Shown piece after piece: positions 1 through 9,940 of a stretch of DNA of 64,000 bases. Where the stretch lies: contig CAVPSJ010000004.1 of assembly GCA_963708295.1 (NCBI GenBank), positions 608,001 to 672,000 of the forward strand, written 5' to 3'. The stretch's first letter is position 1. Each line of letters starts with the position of its first letter. The position numbers were made by a program, and so were the translations under genes. The DNA comes from an uncultured delta proteobacterium (GTDB taxonomy: Bacteria > Desulfobacterota > BSN033 > UBA1163). The notes under the pieces are model-generated. The model did no database searches, was not told where the DNA came from, and saw nothing but the letters and a program-made list of their open reading frames with translations.

Positions 1-93
1 GATCTCCTTTTCAGCAGCCCATAGAGGGAAGCAAACCATGATCGATAAGATCAATACAGAGAAAATAACGAAAAATCTATTATGTGTCTTCAT
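1..93 (-). CDS. 5' part of a secreted protein running off the window edge (MKTHNRFFVIFSVLILSIMVCFPLWAAEKEI...), possibly a substrate-binding protein
   Basis: Manual translation from ATG at 93 with AAGGAGGG RBS; classical signal peptide. Confidence 0.6.
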   Translation of the reverse strand, partial: MKTHNRFFVIFSVLILSIMVCFPLWAAEKEI

Positions 94-448
94 ACAGCCC
101 TCCTTATGACAAAAAAATGGGATTCCCCCGAATTTTAAGGAAAATGTTTGTTTATCTTCACCTCCTTCTCTCTGAACTCGCCCTATTTCCCAATAGGCCG
201 CCATTCTACCCATTCGCATCACGGATGTCAATAATTCAATTTGTCTCGGCCCAACTCCGGTTTTTCCTTGCCCGCGACCAGGGCAAATCCCCTCTGAAGG
301 TTCATAAGGCCCGCAACCCGCCCCTCTGTGCCGACAACGATTCTCTCCGTAGAACAAAGAACTGGGGGTGGGCAAGCTCAATTTGGAGCTCTCAATTTGG
401 AGTTGCCTTTATGCCCCATTCTTTATAAGATGAGTACGGGCGAAGGAT

Positions 449-1636
449 GTGATGATGAACTTACGTCGATTCATCAGAAAGAAAGAATTGGTCGATTTAA
501 CCATCCGACTCGTTCAGACTCCCACGGAAAATCCGCCTGGAAACGAGAAGGGGGCTGCGCAGCTTCTGAAACCTTTCCTCTTAAGGATGGGTTTCAAAAT
601 CAAAATCGTCCTTTCTCCCAAAGGGCGTTGGAACCTCTTGGCGGAGAAAAGATGGGGGAAAGGTGGGAGAACTCTTATCTTCAACGGCCACCTCGACGTT
701 GTCCCTGCCGGGAAAGCCTCTCAATGGAGGTATCCCCCGTTTCAAGGGAAACTTGTCAGGGGAAAGATCTATGGCCGCGGGTCGTCCGATATGAAAAGTG
801 GGATTGCCTCTTTCATTCATGCCCTCTCAACGATTGAACGTTCAAGGATCCCTCTTCATCAAGGCGCTGTCATTCTCCACCTGGTCTCTGATGAAGAATC
901 CCATGGCCATCAGGGCACGGGATTCCTAACCCAACGGATAGGGATCCGGGGCGATGCCGCTCTCGTCGGAGAGCCCACGAGCCTCCAGCCTGTGATCGCT
1001 CAGAAAGGGGCTCTTTGGATCAGGATTCTTACTCTGGGCAAATCCGCTCACGGTTCAAAGCCCCATCTGGGCGTGAATGCCATTGAAAAAATGACGGAGC
1101 TCGTAAGGCAATTAAATTCCATTCCATTGGGGAAAGAACATCCTTTGCTTGGAAAACCGACGCTCAGCATCGGAACGATTCAAGGCGGAACGAAGATCAA
1201 TATCGTCCCCGATCGATGCGAGATTGAAGTGGATCGACGAATGGTGCCCGGTGAAAAGAAAGAGGAGGTGTTCGGAGAGGTAAAAGAAATCTTAGATTCA
1301 CTCCAATCCGAGGATCCTCTCTTTCGATACCGCATGGAGGAGATTGACTTTGCTGAACCCTCTGAGGTCGACCCTGACGAGGAGATCGTCAAAACAGGTG
1401 TGGAGGCCATTCAAAAGGTCACAGGGGAAAAGCCCCTGTTGAGAGGGTTCTCCGGGTTCACGGATTCCCGTTTTTATGTCAATCAGCGTGACATTCCGAC
1501 GCTCATCTTTGGGCCGGGAGGGGTCGATCAATCCCATACGACGGATGAGTCCGTGGAGGTGGATGCCCTGGTCCATGCGGCCCACATCTATGCCATGATC
1601 CTGATGGATTATCTATCGAGAAAAGATGAACCTTGA
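449..1636 (+). CDS. M20 family metallopeptidase/deacylase (ArgE/DapE-like)
   Basis: FNGHLDVVP, GRGSSDMKSG, SDEE, GEPT, G-K-SAHGS and C-terminal HTTDE motifs. Confidence 0.9.
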   Translation: MMMNLRRFIRKKELVDLTIRLVQTPTENPPGNEKGAAQLLKPFLLRMGFKIKIVLSPKGRWNLLAEKRWGKGGRTLIFNGHLDVVPAGKASQWRYPPFQGKLVRGKIYGRGSSDMKSGIASFIHALSTIERSRIPLHQGAVILHLVSDEESHGHQGTGFLTQRIGIRGDAALVGEPTSLQPVIAQKGALWIRILTLGKSAHGSKPHLGVNAIEKMTELVRQLNSIPLGKEHPLLGKPTLSIGTIQGGTKINIVPDRCEIEVDRRMVPGEKKEEVFGEVKEILDSLQSEDPLFRYRMEEIDFAEPSEVDPDEEIVKTGVEAIQKVTGEKPLLRGFSGFTDSRFYVNQRDIPTLIFGPGGVDQSHTTDESVEVDALVHAAHIYAMILMDYLSRKDEP

Positions 1637-1647
1637 TCTCGAAAAGG

Positions 1648-3027
1648 TCATGAAGGAATAGAACCGGCGACCCGGGTTCTTGATGTCTCTCCTACCTTCT
1701 TCAACACCTCCTCGAATATCGTGAGCGCGGTGTCCGCCTCTTTCTTCGTGATGATCAGCGGGGGGCTGAACCGAATCACGTTCTCTCCCGCTCCCAAGAT
1801 GAGGAGCCCCCTTTCAAAACAGGCTCGAATGATTCTGCTCCTCTCTTCGATTGCCTTCTCTTTGGTCTGCCGGTCTCGAACCAGTTCAATCCCGATCATT
1901 AAACCCTTACCTCTCACATCGCCGATCAGATGAAAGCGTTTCTGGAGTTCTCTTAGTTTTCCGAGGAGATAGGTCCCCATGGTTGCGGCGTTTTCAATGA
2001 GTCCCTCCTCAAGAAGGTCAATGGTGGCCAGGGCCGCTCGGCAACTGATGGGGTTTCCGCCAAAGGTGCTGGCATGAGAACCGGGGACCCAATCCATGAC
2101 CTCGCTCTGTGAGACAGTCGCTCCCAGGGGCATCCCGGAGGCAATTCCCTTTGCCAACGCGATGATGTCCGGGATGATTCCCCAGTGTTCAATCGCCATC
2201 ATCTTTCCTGTCCTTCCCATGCCACTCTGAACCTCATCATCCACAAAGAGGATTCCAAACTCCTTTGCCAGTTCGTAGAGTTTTTGATGAAATTCCGGCG
2301 GGGGGACGACATATCCCCCTTCGCCCTGAATGGGTTCAACAAAAATCGCCGCCACTTCCTCAGGGGGGATACTCCTTTTAAAGAGATCTTCACGAATCCA
2401 ATCGACACAGGCAGCGCTGCACCCCGGGTATTGTCCGTGATGATAAGGACAGCGGTAACAATAGGCGTAAGGCACATGGGTTACCCCGGGGAGAAGCGGG
2501 GAGAACCCCTTTTCATGAATCGCTTTGCTGGCGGTTAAAGAAAGGGCACCCATCGTCCGCCCGTGAAAAGCGCCCAGGAAAGCCAGAATTTGAGGCCGTC
2601 TGGTATGGTAGTGTGCCAGCTTGAGAGCGGCTTCGATGGCTTCAGCGCCTGAATTACCGAAGAAGACCCTTTTTTCTCTTGAACCCGGAGTGATCTCGGA
2701 GAGCTTCGCAGCGAGGTTTGATTGGAGGCCATAATAGAAATCGCTGCCGGACATATGGATGAGGTCTTTTGCCTGGAGACGAATTGCCTTCACGACCCTC
2801 GGATGGCAATGCCCTGTATTGCAGACAGCAATTCCGGAAGTGAAATCGAGGAATCGATTCCCATCTTCATCCTCCACCCACATTCCCCTCGCCTTTTTGA
2901 CGACGAGTGGATAGACACGGGTGTAGGACTGAGAGACAAATCTCTGATCCTTCCCAAGGACCTTCCTGGCTTCAGGTCCCGGCAGTTTAGTCCTGATCGA
3001 AGGAGATGAGAATCTTTTCTTTTCCAT
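1648..3027 (-). CDS. Class III PLP aminotransferase (4-aminobutyrate/acetylornithine aminotransferase-like)
   Basis: NSGAEAIEAA, FHGRT, EPIQGEGG, DEVQSGMGRTG, AKGIASG, STFGGNP. Confidence 0.9.
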   Translation of the reverse strand: MEKKRFSSPSIRTKLPGPEARKVLGKDQRFVSQSYTRVYPLVVKKARGMWVEDEDGNRFLDFTSGIAVCNTGHCHPRVVKAIRLQAKDLIHMSGSDFYYGLQSNLAAKLSEITPGSREKRVFFGNSGAEAIEAALKLAHYHTRRPQILAFLGAFHGRTMGALSLTASKAIHEKGFSPLLPGVTHVPYAYCYRCPYHHGQYPGCSAACVDWIREDLFKRSIPPEEVAAIFVEPIQGEGGYVVPPPEFHQKLYELAKEFGILFVDDEVQSGMGRTGKMMAIEHWGIIPDIIALAKGIASGMPLGATVSQSEVMDWVPGSHASTFGGNPISCRAALATIDLLEEGLIENAATMGTYLLGKLRELQKRFHLIGDVRGKGLMIGIELVRDRQTKEKAIEERSRIIRACFERGLLILGAGENVIRFSPPLIITKKEADTALTIFEEVLKKVGETSRTRVAGSIPS

Positions 3028-3113
3028 GGGATTCCCCCTGACTCTTTATGTCTCCCCCCGCCCTCTCTCGTGCCGAGACTCTGTCAAAATCGGGAAAGGT
3101 GCTAGAAACCCTA

Positions 3114-3284
3114 AGAACCGGGACAGACAGGCGGGTGAGAAAACTTTAGAGCGCAACCTTTAAACCATGAGACTCACGGGCCTCAACCCCATGGAGAAAT
3201 AACTTTCTTGCCTCAACGATCATGGCCTATCCCTTAAACGTGCGCATTCTAAAATTTTGGAACCCGCTTGTTTGTCCCGGTTCT
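3114..3284. other. 171-nt imperfect long hairpin (candidate structured ncRNA or MITE)
   Basis: AGAACCGGGACAGACAGGCGGGT pairs with ACCCGCTTGTTTGTCCCGGTTCT (two G-U pairs on + strand); further inner stems TTTAGA-GCGCA/TGCGC-TCTAAA and CCATGA/TCATGG. Confidence 0.5.
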
Positions 3285-3338
3285 CCCCCGCTCGTGGCCG
3301 ATGATGGTACAGTCTCTCCCGGGGGAGGGCGAAAAGGA

Positions 3339-4235
3339 TTATTTGGATTTGATTTCCACTTTTGCCATCTTTTCGAAAAAGGTGGCCAATGCCGAATGGT
3401 CCTCTTCCCCTCTTCCCTCGGTCATCAGAGAGAGAAAGACCTGCTGAATGAAACTGGAAAGCGGCAGCGGAACACCTAAGTCCTTTGCCGTGGAAAGAGC
3501 GTTCTGAAGGTCTTTATGGTGAAGTCTGATCTTGAAGCCCGGCTTAAAATTTCTTCCGAACATCATCGGCGCCTTCGTCTCTAAGACCGAGCTGCCCGCC
3601 AACCCCCCCCGGATGGCCTGGTGGATCACCTGAGGATCAAGACCCGCCTTTGCTCCGAGGGTAAAGGCCTCACCAACGGCGGCGATATTCGCGGCAACGA
3701 TGATCTGGTTCACCAGCTTAACGAACCCGCCTGCGCCGATCCCTCCGACTCGGACAATGTTCTTTCCTACGGCATTAAAAATGTCAACGCAATCTTTGAA
3801 AACCTTCTCCTCTCCTCCCACCATGATCGCCAGGGTCCCCTGGGTCGCACCGGTTTCACCTCCGCTGACCGGCGCATCCAGCATTTCCACGTTCTTCTTT
3901 CTTAATTCCTTCTCAATCTCCTGACTCACGAGGGGGTTGATGGAACTCATGTCGATGACAATCGCCCCTGGTTTGATTCCCTCCATGACCCCGTTCTTCC
4001 CCAGGATAACCTCTTTTACATCGGGGGAATCAGGCAGCATGGTGATGATCACGTCTGCCTTCCCTGCGGCTTCTTTAGAGGAAGATGCGGCCAGAGCCCC
4101 TGCTTTGACCACGTCGTCAACAGCATTTTTATTCAGGTCATAGGCGACGATAGAGAACCCGGCCTTCAAAAGATTCTTGGCCATGGGCTTCCCCATAATT
4201 CCTAATCCAATGAATCCTATTTTCTTCTTCATCAT
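3339..4235 (-). CDS. garR: 2-hydroxy-3-oxopropionate reductase (tartronate semialdehyde reductase; beta-hydroxyacid dehydrogenase family)
   Basis: IGFIGLGIMGKPMAKNL, LDAPVSGG, KLVNQ, FKPGFKIRLHHKDL. Confidence 0.8.
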   Translation of the reverse strand: MMKKKIGFIGLGIMGKPMAKNLLKAGFSIVAYDLNKNAVDDVVKAGALAASSSKEAAGKADVIITMLPDSPDVKEVILGKNGVMEGIKPGAIVIDMSSINPLVSQEIEKELRKKNVEMLDAPVSGGETGATQGTLAIMVGGEEKVFKDCVDIFNAVGKNIVRVGGIGAGGFVKLVNQIIVAANIAAVGEAFTLGAKAGLDPQVIHQAIRGGLAGSSVLETKAPMMFGRNFKPGFKIRLHHKDLQNALSTAKDLGVPLPLSSFIQQVFLSLMTEGRGEEDHSALATFFEKMAKVEIKSK

Positions 4236-4453
4236 CTTCCTCCTTAATGAATTTGATCACCCATGAATCATTCATTCTTTCTTAAGTTATTCTACTCTAT
4301 TTCTTGCTCCTGCGAAAGCTGGGAGACAATTCTTTCTTGGAATACTTGTATCTTGGTTTCCGTTTCCGCCGGGAAAGAGGCGGAAACGGCAGAGTGGATA
4401 CAAAGGATGGGGGAGATTGAAAATTCTATCTTCTGTCTATGGAGTATCTTGTC

Positions 4454-5092
4454 TCAGTTTGACAAGAGGTAAGCCAAATTGTCTAGGATCGTGGTGAAAA
4501 AGACATCCTTCACCATAAAGCCCTCGGGAACGGTGACCTGCGCCGGCGCAAAGTTAAGGATTCCTTTCACCTCCGCCTCCACCAGCATGTTAGCAACGCT
4601 TTGAGCCTCCGAGGGAGGAGTTGCGATGATTCCGATCTCGATCTTCCTTTCCTTCGCTACATCCCTGATACGGTTAATATGAAAGACCTCCACTGGCTTG
4701 CCCAATTTTTCAGAGACCCTTCCAATCACTTTCGGAGGATCGATATCAAAGGCCGCGACGATTTTATAATTCTGCTTCAGAAAATCCTTATAAGAGAGAA
4801 GGGCCGAGCCCAAATTCCCTACGCCAACAAGCCCCATCCGCCATTCTTTGTTCGATCCCAATATCTTCTTGATATTATTTAACAAATCTTTCACATAGTA
4901 ACCCACGCCTCGAATTCCAAATTCACCGAAATAGGCCAGGTCCTTTCTAACTTGAGCGGCATTGACCATGCACTGATTGGCCAGTTGGGCAGAGGAGACA
5001 ACCTTTTCTCCCTTTTCCTCCATCTCTTCTAAGCGCCTTGAATACCTCGATAACCTCCTGATGGTCGCCTCGGGTATTTTCTTATATTTCAA
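4454..5092 (-). CDS. rex: Redox-sensing transcriptional repressor Rex
   Basis: IPEATIRRLSRY, QVRKDLAYFGEFGIRGVGY, VGVGNLGSAL, GILNFAP; start moved to TTG at 5092 behind an AGGGGT RBS. Confidence 0.93.
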   Translation of the reverse strand: MKYKKIPEATIRRLSRYSRRLEEMEEKGEKVVSSAQLANQCMVNAAQVRKDLAYFGEFGIRGVGYYVKDLLNNIKKILGSNKEWRMGLVGVGNLGSALLSYKDFLKQNYKIVAAFDIDPPKVIGRVSEKLGKPVEVFHINRIRDVAKERKIEIGIIATPPSEAQSVANMLVEAEVKGILNFAPAQVTVPEGFMVKDVFFTTILDNLAYLLSN

Positions 5093-5094
5093 TT

Positions 5095-5112
5095 TTGTGA
5101 CCCCTTTCACAA
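5095..5112. promoter_or_regulatory. Rex operator overlapping the rex RBS (autoregulation)
   Basis: TTGTGACCCCTTTCACAA is one mismatch from consensus TTGTGAA-N4-TTCACAA. Confidence 0.85.
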
Positions 5113-5263
5113 GTTTTCCCAAAAAAATATTAAATTCCTACATTTTTGTCAAGTATATCTTCATTCTTGCCGTCCCCGGTTTTTTCTTTCATGGGCAAGG
5201 AGGTCTTATGGGGGACTTCCCAGGTCGGATCAAGAAATGGGAGGAGAACATGCGGATCTTCTG

Positions 5264-7435
5264 TTACTTTATACTTATAATTCCCCCTTTCGCTATTTCT
5301 CCCTTTCTCCTGGCTATCTGTTTGATGGTCTCGTCCAGTCTGCGATTGGCGACTTCAAGTAATTCTTCAGTGTACTCCAAATTATGAACTCCCTTACCGT
5401 TCTTTGCCGAATAGTAATTGAATTCTGCCTCTCCATACAGTTTTCGAAAAACAAACGTATGGCCTCCGCTGAGATCTATCCGATCGATCTCATCCTTGAC
5501 TCTCGCCAATTTAGGTTCCAATTTTTTCAACAAGTCTTCAGACGTCGTCTTCCATCGGACCGCCATCTCACCGTAACTCTGGTCATGACACTCGATGCAA
5601 CGTTTCTTGATGGCCTCAAAGGTGTCCTTCTTCTTCGCCACGATGCCCCGATGACAATCAACGCATTCGACCACACCCAGCTTATTACTCGGTCTCTCCT
5701 TGACGCCAATCCCCCCTTTTCCTTGAACGAGCTTTTTGACTGCGGCATGACAATCATCACATTTCACTTTCTTAATCCCTTTCCCATGATGGCATTCCGC
5801 GCAATTTTTCATGATCGTTTTACCGTGATTTTCCCGTGGAGAATGGCAATCTGAGCACTTCTGCCCGTTACCCGCAATGTGGGTTTGATGGGAGAATTTG
5901 GTGTCATTAAACGAAACGGTACGCTTCTCGATTCCGACATGGCACAGCGTGGTACAGGTCATGCGGGTTTTAGACTCCTGGGGGGTATAGTCTTTATCGA
6001 TAATCGCCAGAACCCGCTCCGTTCTATTGTTCGCTGCATTGAGAAGTTTAAAAGCGTATTCAACATTGTGAACGCCCTGCCCCAAGAGGACAAAGCTGTA
6101 ATTGTGACGGGCTTCATTGAGGAGGTTTTGGGCCTTTTTGAACAGGGTTCCTCCCCCGCTGGTCTTTTCAAACTCAGATAATACTTTCTGGACATTGGAA
6201 ATTCTCTGATTCGTCTCATTTTCCGCCTTGGAAAGAAGCGATTTCCACTGTTTCAACGTATCATCAAATCCCTCCCCGTGGCAGTCGACGCAGGCTTCAC
6301 CGATCACCCGTTCCGCAAATCGAGTGGTGTGGAGTGCGGCCTGACTTTCTTCAGCTCTTCGATGGCAGGCGATACAGTCGACATTGGCCGTAAACATGAG
6401 ACTGGGAGAGTCCGGAACGCCGATCCCTCCCCTCCCCCGGTAAAAATCTCTGGGTCCCAAATGCATTTCCTTGCTGTGGCACCTATCACAATTGGATGGA
6501 GCGTGGGCAAGGGTAGGGATCTCGCCAATTTCATGCCGTAGGGGCGTGTGGCAACTGGAGCATTCGATCTTGTGGTCAGTCACATGTTTCTTATGCATGA
6601 GCTCAGATGTAAATTTCGTACTCAGAAGGACCGGTTCATTGTGACATTCCATGCACTTTCCCTCAGGGACATGGCCGTCTCCCTGTACAACGCTGAGATG
6701 GCACTTCTCGCAAGCGACCCCTCTGGCAATATATTTCTTGTGATTGAAGCTCCAACCCTTGACCCGGATATCCCCTTTCGGCTCCACGTGGCAGGAGGTA
6801 CATCCTCCGACGGCGCATGAAAGGCATTCATCCTCTCCCTTGGGACCGGCCTTGTAATAGTGGCAGATGAAGCAATTGATTTCATGAACCGTCAGGTGTT
6901 TCCCTTGAACGAGCTGAGCATGACAGCTGGCACAGCGGAGTTTCATTCCCCTTCTCAGCTCACCCAAATGTTTTCCGTGTGAGAAGGCCACGTTTTTGTA
7001 AATCATATTTCCCTTCAGATCATCAACCTGATGGCAGCCCTTCTGCAGACAGCTTGCATCGCTGATTTGGGCGTGAGGCGTACTCGGCCTTTTTCCCGAA
7101 AGGAAATAGGCCAGGGATACCTGGCCGTCGACCCACTTCCCCTTCATATGATTCAAAAACCCAGGCTCATAGTGGCATTTCGTGCAAGCGACTTGCTTGT
7201 GGCTGGAAGTCCTCCATGACTCCATATAGGCACTCATTTGATGACAAACTCCACAGAAGGTGGAGGACTCGGTAAATCTGAGAAGACCTCCCACGACGAT
7301 CAGAAAAACAACGATGCAAAATACCAGAAAGATCTTGATTGCCTTGAAGTGGGCTCGAGTGCCCCTCCTCGCCTCGTTGAAAAAATCGATCCAAAAGATC
7401 TTGACCAAATCGTAAAGATTCTTTATAGTTCCCAT
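5264..7435 (-). CDS. Membrane-anchored multiheme cytochrome c with NapC/NirT-like N-terminus (16 CxxCH plus CX4CH and CX3CH)
   Basis: Hand-counted heme motifs; N-terminal TM helix then TESSTFCGVCHQM; ATG at 7435 with GGAGG RBS. Confidence 0.88.
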   Translation of the reverse strand: MGTIKNLYDLVKIFWIDFFNEARRGTRAHFKAIKIFLVFCIVVFLIVVGGLLRFTESSTFCGVCHQMSAYMESWRTSSHKQVACTKCHYEPGFLNHMKGKWVDGQVSLAYFLSGKRPSTPHAQISDASCLQKGCHQVDDLKGNMIYKNVAFSHGKHLGELRRGMKLRCASCHAQLVQGKHLTVHEINCFICHYYKAGPKGEDECLSCAVGGCTSCHVEPKGDIRVKGWSFNHKKYIARGVACEKCHLSVVQGDGHVPEGKCMECHNEPVLLSTKFTSELMHKKHVTDHKIECSSCHTPLRHEIGEIPTLAHAPSNCDRCHSKEMHLGPRDFYRGRGGIGVPDSPSLMFTANVDCIACHRRAEESQAALHTTRFAERVIGEACVDCHGEGFDDTLKQWKSLLSKAENETNQRISNVQKVLSEFEKTSGGGTLFKKAQNLLNEARHNYSFVLLGQGVHNVEYAFKLLNAANNRTERVLAIIDKDYTPQESKTRMTCTTLCHVGIEKRTVSFNDTKFSHQTHIAGNGQKCSDCHSPRENHGKTIMKNCAECHHGKGIKKVKCDDCHAAVKKLVQGKGGIGVKERPSNKLGVVECVDCHRGIVAKKKDTFEAIKKRCIECHDQSYGEMAVRWKTTSEDLLKKLEPKLARVKDEIDRIDLSGGHTFVFRKLYGEAEFNYYSAKNGKGVHNLEYTEELLEVANRRLDETIKQIARRKGEIAKGGIISIK

Positions 7436-7615
7436 CGTAAGGCCTCCACCCAAAGCTCAATTTTACAACCTTTTAAAATTATTGCAAGGGTACCCCCCCT
7501 CTTCAAACTCTGTGATCGAGGAGAAGGAGGGGACCGAGAGAAGCGGGTCAGATTGCCCGGACGGATCTCACTCATCTGACCTCCGTCATCTTCTCGGAAA
7601 ATAGGAAACGGCTGA

Positions 7616-8263
7616 ATGCATCGATTGCGTACAGTGAACCGAAAATGGATCTTCCTCTCAATCGCCTCTTTATGTTTCCTTCTCTGGCTTGGAAAGCTCG
7701 ACTCCCTTCTGGCTCAAGTCGGAGAAAATCCCATGGACCGGAGAGAGGAGAAAATAAGGGATTTTCGAGAAAAGAGAGATCGGTTTTTCAGGGAAGACCC
7801 TCATTCCCCTTTGAGGGAGATTGACCGAAAAAAATTCAAAGGCCTTTCTTACTACCCGATCGATCTCAAATATGCCATGGTCGGGGCAATTGAAAGATAT
7901 CCTACCGAACCCAAACCCAGGTACGTCACGCTTGCCACGAATAAGGTGACGGGAAGAAAATATGTAGAATATGGCCGCTTTGTGTTTAAGTGGGAGGGGA
8001 AAGCATCCTCCCTCCAGATCTTTCGGCCTTTGGGGGGCGGGGAACTTTTTCTTCCTTTTAAAGATAAGACTTCGGAGACAGAGACCTATCCCGGAGGGCG
8101 CTATCTCTCGATCGAACCCATACCTGGAGGGAACGTACTGATCGATTTCAATCGGGCCTATAATCCGTTCTGCCAGTTCAATGAGAAATATATCTGCCCT
8201 TATGCCCCCGAGGAGAATTGGCTCGGCATCGACATTCGGGCAGGAGAGAAGAGATTTCGATGA
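7616..8263 (+). CDS. DUF1684 family protein
   Basis: LFLPFKDKTS, ETYPGGRYL, IDFNRAYNPFC...CP..P.EN.L...IRAGEK. Confidence 0.85.
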   Translation: MHRLRTVNRKWIFLSIASLCFLLWLGKLDSLLAQVGENPMDRREEKIRDFREKRDRFFREDPHSPLREIDRKKFKGLSYYPIDLKYAMVGAIERYPTEPKPRYVTLATNKVTGRKYVEYGRFVFKWEGKASSLQIFRPLGGGELFLPFKDKTSETETYPGGRYLSIEPIPGGNVLIDFNRAYNPFCQFNEKYICPYAPEENWLGIDIRAGEKRFR

Positions 8264-8288
8264 CGACGGCTGCACAAAGGAGATGAAT

Positions 8289-9881
8289 ATGATTCCATTG
8301 AAATTCGCAAGGGCCTTGATGCTTGGCGTTGCCAGTTTGATTTTTATTCTGTCTGTGCCTTCTCTCTCTTTCTCATCTCCGAGGGCTCAGTTAAGCATCC
8401 TCTATACGAATGATGTGATGGGTGAGGTCGAGCCCTGTGGGTGATTCCGAAACCCTCTTGGCGGTGTCGCCAAGAAAGCGACTCTGATCTCCCAGATCAA
8501 AATGACAGGAAGAAAAATACTCCTCCTCGACACCGGGAATCTTTTTTTTCGAAAACCTCCTCCAACGGAAACCAAGCGCAGGGAGGCCCTTCTCCGTGTC
8601 GATCTCCTCGTCCACTCCTACAACGAAATGGGATACGATGTGGTCAATGTGGGGGAGAAAGATCTGATGATGGGGGTGAAGTTTCTCACCGAAGTGAGGC
8701 CGAAGGCGAAGTTTTCTCTTGTTTCTACCAATCTTGTGGACAAAAAAACTGGAAAGTGTATCTTTAAACCTTATGTCATCAAAGAGGTCGTCGGCCTGAA
8801 GGTTGCAATATTCGGCTTGCTGGACGATCAATTCAATCCAACCCTCCAGGAGAACGACCCGGCGTTAACCATCATCGACCCCCTCCCCGCGCTCAGGGCG
8901 GCGATGAAGGGCCTGAGAGAATATTGCGACCTCATGATCGTCCTCTCTCAATTGGGCGAATCGAAAGACAAAAAGTTAGCCAGACAAAATCGCGATATCG
9001 ATTTGATTCTAGGAGGAGGAGGGGAATCGAAAAAAGTGGTGATGGAAAGAGAGAATGGGACCGCCATTTACCGATTGGAGCCGAGGGGAGGATATTTGGG
9101 CCGGGTGGATTACTCCTTCAGCGATACGAAGAGACCCATTCAATTTACGATTTCCAGTGAACGGGAAGAGCTCGAGAAGAGATTGGAAAGGCTGATCTCT
9201 CATTCCATGCAAATGAAGATGGAGATGTCAAAATCAGGGAAGCAGGACAATATCAAGGTAAAGGAGCTGAGGTTCCTGGAATCGAAGCAGAAGGAACTGG
9301 AGAAAACCCTGATTGCCTTTGAAGATAAAAATTCTTACAGGCACATTGCGATCCCTGTGCAACCGGCCGTCACCGATGATCCAAGAATCACTAAAGAACT
9401 GGAAACTTATCGGACGGAATCGGCAAAACTCTATAAGCCAAAAGTGGTCGTCGAAGTTGGAAAGGATTTGCCGGAGAAAGAAATGATCGCCCGAATTCCC
9501 AAGACAAGCCCTTTTGCCGGAGCGATCTCGTGTAAGAGATGCCATGCGGTAAATTATAGAAATTGGTCAAAGACCAAACATGCCCAGGCTTCCCAGACGA
9601 TTGCCGCCTCCCCCAAATATGCCCAGGAGGAGTGCCTCATGTGTCACTCCACGGGCTATGGGAAGATCGGAGAGTATGCCGTCGTTTCAGACATCCCATT
9701 CTACCTTCAGGGGGTCCAGTGTGAGGCCTGTCATGGAGAAGGGAAGGGGCATCCGCAAGGGGGAAGGGTGGAGAGGAAAGTGACCCTGGGAGTCTGCCGA
9801 AACTGCCACACCAAAGATCAAAGCCCCACCTTTAATTATATCGCTTATCTTGAAAAGATCGGCTGCAGGGTCTCCGACTGA
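8289..9881 (+). CDS. Secreted UshA/5'-nucleotidase-like selenoprotein (CGU motif, UGA at 8442-8444) fused to a C-terminal tetraheme c554-like cytochrome, about 530 aa
   Basis: ORFs 8181-8444 and 8502-9881 share a frame; readthrough gives EPCG-U-FRNPLGGVAKKATLI; signal peptide; AAGGAG RBS; CKRCH, CLMCH, CEACH, CRNCH. Confidence 0.85.
8456..8475 (+). promoter_or_regulatory. Bacterial SECIS-like hairpin
   Basis: TCTTGGCG-GTGT-CGCCAAGA, 8-bp stem, G-led loop beginning 20 nt after the UGA. Confidence 0.8.
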
Positions 9882-9940
9882 AGTTCGGAGTTCGGAGTCT
9901 TGAAATTTAATGCTCCGAACTACGAACTCTTACTCCGAAC

